Assembly: GCF_002087085.1 (NCBI RefSeq)
Contig: NZ_MWQY01000001.1
Coordinates: forward strand, 248,001 to 312,000
Length of the DNA: 64,000 nucleotides
Reading direction: 5' to 3'
The notes under the pieces are model-generated. The model was not told the origin of the DNA and ran no database searches. It saw only the letters and a program-made list of their open reading frames with translations. The first letter of the stretch is position 1, and each line of letters starts with the position of its first letter. Positions 58,598-64,000 of the stretch are shown piece after piece. Position numbers and translations under genes: made by a program.

Positions 58598-60676
58598 ATG
58601 CGTCGCTCTTCCAGCCTTCATATACCGGTACGCTCTGCTCTTCATCTGACAGGAGTATATATAAGAGGTCTTCTGGGGGCGCAGGTAAAATCAGTAGTTT
58701 TTATCATCCTGTATTTGATTATATTCCAGCGATTTATATTGGGTATACCATTAAGCGGCATCTCATGGATTGCCTTTGGCATTACCATGGTAATTCTGGG
58801 TCTTACCTTGTTTCTTGAAGGAATAAGATTCGGTCTGATGCCGTTGGGGGAGCAGGTCGGGGTAACTCTGCCTGCCAGGTACAGGAGTATTTTCGTAATA
58901 ATTGTATTCGGTTTTCTTGTCGGTTTTGGCTCAACCCTTGCCGAGCCTGCAATAGCGGCATTGAGAGAAATCGGAAGTACCGTACCTGCCTGGAAATCTC
59001 CTTTATTATATCTGCTGCTCCAAAGATATACATCCCTGCTTATTTGGGCCATCGGGATAGGAGTCGGAATTGCGGTAATTCTTGGTCTTTTGCGTTTTCA
59101 TTATGGGTTCTCCATTAAGTTCCTGATAATCACCGTAATCCCCCTCCTGCTGGCAGTGACCATCCTGGCCTATATTGATGATAAACTCCGGAGTATAGTC
59201 GGATTAGCCTGGGATTCCGGTGCTGTCACAACAGGTGCAGTTACCGTTCCTCTTGTACTCGCCATCGGTATTGGTGTATCAAGAGCCTCCGGACGAAACG
59301 AAGGCGGGCGCGGTGGTTTTGGAATTATCATGCTTGCTTCTGCACTGCCGATAGTATGCGTCCTTGTTTTGGGTATTGTCCTGCGGGAGAACGCACCGGA
59401 TCCCCGCACGGAGCATGCTTTTTTCCTGCAGGAACACAGGGAACAGGCTTTACAGCTTTTTGATAGTGAAAAATCTCTACAGCGGTATGCATTCCGGATA
59501 GCCGGAGAAGAGGGACGCAGGGCATTTTTCACGGAATCCGATGATTATCGGACCGCCTTGCGGTCCCTCGTGCTGAATGAAGGTTTCAGGCGCGATATTC
59601 TTGGAGATTTGAGTTTTTCCGAGTGGCTTCGTACGCGTTCTTCAGAAAGTGAACGGGAGTACCTTGCAGGTTTCTTCCATCAGGAGCCTGGGGAAAAGCG
59701 GGAGTCCGGGGGATTCAGCAGTATTATTTCTCAGAAAATGGCGGATGCATCCAGGGCAATAATCCCGCTTACTGGTTTGCTGCTTATAGTGCTGATTATG
59801 TTTCTCCGCGAAAGACCCCGATACCGCGACGAGGTGAGTTTGGGGATTATTCTGGCGATTCTCGGAATGACCTGCCTGACAGCCGGGATAAGTGTTGGAT
59901 TGACTCCCCTTGGCGAAGCTGTTGGCGAGGGGCTGCCTCGTTCCTTTCAAGCCAGGGAACAGGTGACAGACCGGATTGTGATAGAAGAGTTCGATACAAG
60001 TATAGTTATAAGAAGTATACATCCGGATGGAAAGAAGACTGCGTATTTTTATCTTGAGCGTGATGGTCGTCTTGAAAGGATACAGTATTTTTCGGAGCGA
60101 TATAATCCGGAAAATCGGCAGTATGAACACATTATTTATCGTAAACCGCTGTTCAAGGCTGAACTTTCATTTCTGGGAATTGCTCTTGTTTGTGTCTTCG
60201 CTTTCGGGCTTGGTTATGGTTCTTCATTGGCCGAACCGGCATTGCATGCCCTGGGGAAGACGGTGGAAGAAATGACCATCGGCAGAGTCAGGGAATTCAT
60301 GCTGGTACGGGTTGTTGCCATTGGTGTCGGTTTTGGAATCATGATGGGGATAATGCGTATTATATTTTCCATTCCCACGATCTGGCTTCTTCTGCCGCCC
60401 TACTTGCTTTTGTTACCCATGAGCATTATTGGGGATGAAGATTTTGTTGGAATAGCATGGGACAGCGGAGGAGTAACAACTGGACCAGTTACCGTACCCC
60501 TTGTATTGGCCATGGGCATGGGGATTGGTGCTGAGCTTCATGCCACCGACAGCTTCGGGGTATTGGCACTGGGGTCTGTGTATCCGATCTTTACGGTTCT
60601 TGTATATGGGTTGTGGGTGCGGATTAGTCAGCGTCGATCGATGGTGGAAAAAAGGGAAGAGTTGAGTAATGGATGA
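58598..60676 (+). CDS. Fused double DUF1538 membrane protein
   Basis: Two repeats of GL-x-PLGE...AEPA...AWDSG-x-VTTG-x-VTVP; TTGATA-17-TATAAT 6 nt before ATG 58598. Confidence 0.88.
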   Translation: MRRSSSLHIPVRSALHLTGVYIRGLLGAQVKSVVFIILYLIIFQRFILGIPLSGISWIAFGITMVILGLTLFLEGIRFGLMPLGEQVGVTLPARYRSIFVIIVFGFLVGFGSTLAEPAIAALREIGSTVPAWKSPLLYLLLQRYTSLLIWAIGIGVGIAVILGLLRFHYGFSIKFLIITVIPLLLAVTILAYIDDKLRSIVGLAWDSGAVTTGAVTVPLVLAIGIGVSRASGRNEGGRGGFGIIMLASALPIVCVLVLGIVLRENAPDPRTEHAFFLQEHREQALQLFDSEKSLQRYAFRIAGEEGRRAFFTESDDYRTALRSLVLNEGFRRDILGDLSFSEWLRTRSSESEREYLAGFFHQEPGEKRESGGFSSIISQKMADASRAIIPLTGLLLIVLIMFLRERPRYRDEVSLGIILAILGMTCLTAGISVGLTPLGEAVGEGLPRSFQAREQVTDRIVIEEFDTSIVIRSIHPDGKKTAYFYLERDGRLERIQYFSERYNPENRQYEHIIYRKPLFKAELSFLGIALVCVFAFGLGYGSSLAEPALHALGKTVEEMTIGRVREFMLVRVVAIGVGFGIMMGIMRIIFSIPTIWLLLPPYLLLLPMSIIGDEDFVGIAWDSGGVTTGPVTVPLVLAMGMGIGAELHATDSFGVLALGSVYPIFTVLVYGLWVRISQRRSMVEKREELSNG

Positions 60677-61808
60677 TACAGAATTCCACGGCCGGAAGGC
60701 CGTCGGGGTCACCTGCATTGTGCATAAAAGCCTCCGTAAACAGGTGATGGAATTTCTGGAAGAAACCGGCGTTGGAAAGATCTATGTCGAGGCGGGTAAA
60801 AGCGAAAGGCTTTTTATCAGGTCACGTCCTTTCGGACTGCCCGGGACACGTCAGGTTCTGCACGATTCGCCTGCAGAAATCTTCCGATTCTCCATATCCA
60901 CCGGGGATACACAGTATGTGCTGAATTCTCTTATCGCAGCTGCAGAACTGGATGTTCAAGGACGCGGTATGATTTTCTCACAGAAGATATATGAGTACAG
61001 TAAAGATTCACTGCCGATCATTCCAGCCGGGGAAAAGTCTGGAGAAATCGATACGAAGTATTCGCTTTTGCCAGGGCTCTCACTTATAACCTGTATTCTG
61101 TCCAGACCTGGTAGCGGGGAAGAACTTTCCAGAACAGCCCTTGAGCTGGGAACCTGCGTGCCGATTATCACTAACGGACGCGGTACCGGGATGCGTGATA
61201 ATCTGGGATTGCTGAGAATAACAATTCCCTCCGAAAAGGAAATAGTCCAGCTAATCGTTCCGGAATATGATGCTGACAATATTATTCAACTGTTGATAGA
61301 AGAGGTAAAACTGAACCTGCCAGGACGCGGTTTTTTGTTCCGGACACCCATAGGCATGGGCGTGGTGGATACAAGGCTTCGAATCGGCCGTCAGGAACAT
61401 GCAGCCAGCATGGAACAGATTATTTCCGCTATTGATGAGTTGAAGATGGGAACTCACTGGCGTAAACGTTTTTCCGGTACAGAAAACAGCTCTTTTGGCA
61501 ATCCATCCCATCTTCTATTCAACTATAAAGCCATATCCTTTGTGTGTAGGGAAGGAAAGGGAGATTCCCTTGTCAACAGGGCCATGGAAAAGGGCGCTCC
61601 GGGTGCCACTATTTCCCGTATAAGCTGCTTGAATCTGCAGGACAGGGAGGGGGATTCGGCTGCTCGGGAACGGAATGTCATCTGTGTACCGAATAATCTC
61701 GCTGAAAAAGTTATAGATGCCATATTTCATGAAGAAGAGATAATTGAACAGTTTCTGGACCACCTTTGGATTCAGGACGCTCCCAGTGTTTTTTCATATA
61801 TCAGATAA
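60669..61808 (+). CDS. Protein with three tandem PII-like domains
   Basis: Repeated hydrophobic strand-helix-G...G/GRGTG, then (EK)E-I-x-x-x-V...G-R-G-x-x-F pattern; overlaps the DUF1538 gene. Confidence 0.72.
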   Translation: MDDTEFHGRKAVGVTCIVHKSLRKQVMEFLEETGVGKIYVEAGKSERLFIRSRPFGLPGTRQVLHDSPAEIFRFSISTGDTQYVLNSLIAAAELDVQGRGMIFSQKIYEYSKDSLPIIPAGEKSGEIDTKYSLLPGLSLITCILSRPGSGEELSRTALELGTCVPIITNGRGTGMRDNLGLLRITIPSEKEIVQLIVPEYDADNIIQLLIEEVKLNLPGRGFLFRTPIGMGVVDTRLRIGRQEHAASMEQIISAIDELKMGTHWRKRFSGTENSSFGNPSHLLFNYKAISFVCREGKGDSLVNRAMEKGAPGATISRISCLNLQDREGDSAARERNVICVPNNLAEKVIDAIFHEEEIIEQFLDHLWIQDAPSVFSYIR

Positions 61809-61818
61809 AGGAGAGGGT

Positions 61819-62103
61819 ATGGATTTTTCTACAGGACAATGTATCCTTCTGCACGATAAAGACAATACACTGACCGCTCTGCTTTCCCTCGCTGCCGGAC
61901 AGGAGATAGCTCTTAAGACCGTTCAGGGAATGCTAAAGCTGACGCTGCGGGACGAGATCCCTTACGCGCACAAGTTCGCCCGCCGTGATATTGAGGCCGG
62001 AGAAGATATCATGAAATACGGTGAGGTAATCGGATCTGCAACTGCCTTTATTCCGGCCGGGGCCCATGTACATGTACATAACGTCAAGGGGAAAAGGGCA
62101 TGA
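61819..62103 (+). CDS. UxaA-family dehydratase, small SAF-domain subunit
   Basis: HDKDN, IPYAHKFA, KYGEVIG, HVHVHN; SD AAGGAG. Confidence 0.88.
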   Translation: MDFSTGQCILLHDKDNTLTALLSLAAGQEIALKTVQGMLKLTLRDEIPYAHKFARRDIEAGEDIMKYGEVIGSATAFIPAGAHVHVHNVKGKRA

Positions 62104-63278
62104 GCTTTTCAGATGCGCAATTTCTTGGATATCACCGTCCGGATGGACAGGTGGGGGTAAGAAATTACCTGGGAGTTCTTTCCACGGTTACCTGCGCCAA
62201 CCAGGCTGCGGAGAATATTGCCGGGCACGTAAGGGGCACGGCCGTTTTTACCCATCAGCAGGGCTGCGGACTCCTGCAGGAAGACCTCGATCTTACCCGG
62301 CGAACCCTTATTAACCTGGGACGAAATCCCAACCTGGGGGCTGTTCTGGTTGTCAGCCTGGGCTGCGAAGGGGTTGATGCCGAAAAGATCGTGGAAGGCA
62401 TCGCTTCTTCCGGAAAGCCCGTGGAGCTGGTCAGAATCCAGCGGGACGGGGGCTACTTCGCCGCCATCAGCGAAGGGGGACTGAAGGCGCAGAAACTCGC
62501 ATCGGAGATCAGTATGCAGGTCCGTAAAGAGGCCTCCATACAGAACCTGCGTATCGGCGTCAAGTGCGGTGCATCGGACCCCACCTCCGGTCTCGCCTCG
62601 AATCCTGCGGTGGGTCAGGCCCTGGACCAGCTGATCGCCGCCGGAGGTTCAGCTGTATTCGGCGAGACAACGGAGCTGATCGGGGCGGAGCATCTCGTGG
62701 CCGGACGCTGCGAAACCGACGAACTCTCGGACAGGCTCCTTGGCATGGTACGCAGGCTCGAAGCCCGGGTAATCCAGCACGGAAGCGATATGCGGGGCGG
62801 AAATCCCTCTGCCGGAAATATCGCAGCGGGACTGACAACCATCGAAGAAAAGTCCCTGGGAGCTGTTGTAAAGTCCGGCACTGCACAGATTCACGGGGTT
62901 TTTGATTACGGGGAGTGTCCGCCCAGTGAAGGAGGCCTCTACTTTATTGATTCCCCCGGAAGGGAGCCGGAACTCCTGGCCGGACTCGGTGCCGCCGGGT
63001 GTCAGATTATACTCTTTTCCACCGGTATCGGCGCACCCCAGGGGTTCCCGTTTATTCCGGTTATCAAGGTTTCCGGAAACAGAAATACGGTAAAGGCCCT
63101 GGTGGATTTTATCGACCTTGATGTATCCCAGGTCCTGTTAAAAGGAGAGTCTCTGGAGAGTGCCGGCAGTCGGGTGCTGCAATATTCCCTTCGGACCGCC
63201 GACGGGCACACCACAAAGGCGGAGACCATCGGCTACAACGGGTCGACCGCGATCTATCAGCGGGGGCCCATCGTCTGA
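62100..63278 (+). CDS. UxaA-family (altronate/galactarate dehydratase-like) large subunit
   Basis: RPDGQVGVRN, HQQGC, LGCE, KCGASD, GETTE, NPSAGN..GGL-like, EEKSLGA. Confidence 0.92.
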   Translation: MSFSDAQFLGYHRPDGQVGVRNYLGVLSTVTCANQAAENIAGHVRGTAVFTHQQGCGLLQEDLDLTRRTLINLGRNPNLGAVLVVSLGCEGVDAEKIVEGIASSGKPVELVRIQRDGGYFAAISEGGLKAQKLASEISMQVRKEASIQNLRIGVKCGASDPTSGLASNPAVGQALDQLIAAGGSAVFGETTELIGAEHLVAGRCETDELSDRLLGMVRRLEARVIQHGSDMRGGNPSAGNIAAGLTTIEEKSLGAVVKSGTAQIHGVFDYGECPPSEGGLYFIDSPGREPELLAGLGAAGCQIILFSTGIGAPQGFPFIPVIKVSGNRNTVKALVDFIDLDVSQVLLKGESLESAGSRVLQYSLRTADGHTTKAETIGYNGSTAIYQRGPIV

Positions 63279-64000
63279 TTCTGTTCACCCTTTACGGTGT
63301 ATATATTCTTTATTGTTGTACCCGGATAGTAGTGTGCCAATATCTCCTCCCAGGTCCACCCCTCGGCTGCCATGCCGGCGGCCCCGCTCTGATCCATTCC
63401 TACACCGTGTCCCCAGCCGCCGCCGGTAAAGACGAAAGACTCCGGTAAATCCCCATACCCGAGCACCGGTTCCGATACAAACAGGTTGCTCCTCAGGCTT
63501 CCCAGGACCGATCGGATTGCGTCCCCCTGTATTTCGGTACTGCCGCCGGTACCCCGGACGAGGATCTTCTCCACCCTGCCGCTTATGCCCCGGCCCCGAC
63601 TGGTCAGGGAGATGATTTCGCCAACTTCAGTGCCCCTGGCACGTAATCTGGCGGCGATTTCCTCTGCGGAGATCCAGCTGCGCCAGCGGTAGGCCGAGGG
63701 TGAATGAAGGCCCGGAGCGGAGCTGAAACCTGGCGGACGATCCGTCAGCCACCGGGCCAGTTCCTCCGGCGGCAGGAAAGATATTCTCTCCGGGATGGCC
63801 GGATCGTTGACTGCCTGCAGCGGGGAGGGGTATCTCCAGACGCTCTCGCCGCTCTCGGTGTGTCCGCCGCTGTTGGCGGAGTAGACGGCGTCCAGGGGCC
63901 TGTTATCGTAGATAAGGACCTTTCCCCGGCTTGCATCAACGGCGGCGCTGGTTCGCTCCGCCTCGTTGCCGGCTCCTCTGTAGGAGGCGGAGCGGACGGA
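63257..64000 (-). CDS. SpoIID/LytB-domain protein, C-terminal part (5' end outside window)
   Basis: Frame open to window end: YRG...AVDASRG.VLIY...YSANSGGHTE..VW...GGGWGHGVGMDQSGA...ILAHYYPG. Confidence 0.9.
   Translation of the reverse strand, partial: SVRSASYRGAGNEAERTSAAVDASRGKVLIYDNRPLDAVYSANSGGHTESGESVWRYPSPLQAVNDPAIPERISFLPPEELARWLTDRPPGFSSAPGLHSPSAYRWRSWISAEEIAARLRARGTEVGEIISLTSRGRGISGRVEKILVRGTGGSTEIQGDAIRSVLGSLRSNLFVSEPVLGYGDLPESFVFTGGGWGHGVGMDQSGAAGMAAEGWTWEEILAHYYPGTTIKNIYTVKGEQNQTMGPR

Overview
This is a 64-kb gene-dense, GC-rich bacterial chromosomal segment. It is probably from a free-living spirochaete, inferred from gene content and signal-peptide style. It holds about 55 CDS, one tRNA-Ala(CGC), and no recognisable transposase, integrase or CRISPR array. 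Modules in order: a Crp/Fnr-HMA-P1B ATPase metal module; a cstA-small membrane protein-ArsA/Get3-DUF59 operon; a hybrid two-component system; a CHASE2 cyclase divergent from an outer-membrane/FecR/lipoprotein operon that ends in two paralogous GT-A-like proteins; a transglycosylase-chrA-chrA-EIIA/diadenylate cyclase cluster; two organic-acid/sugar catabolic islands (TTT/GntR and TRAP/FadR); a FabX-like/fabF pair; a betaine-aldehyde dehydrogenase/SDR/choline-binding locus; DUF1538 with a PII-like protein; split UxaA; and a partial SpoIID. The most notable signals are five: (1) a ~178-bp-period tRNA-linked repeat array with 100-nt variable spacers that keep CAGGAUG-loop hairpins (possible CsrA-binding RNA); (2) a tandem GT-A-like pair, one with an RRE/PqqD-like N-terminus, next to an AT-rich lipoprotein cassette; (3) a single-chain triple-PII protein; (4) a shared palindromic operator before the FabX-like gene and fabF; (5) recurrent leaderless promoters. 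All functional calls come from motif recognition by eye; no database searches were run.
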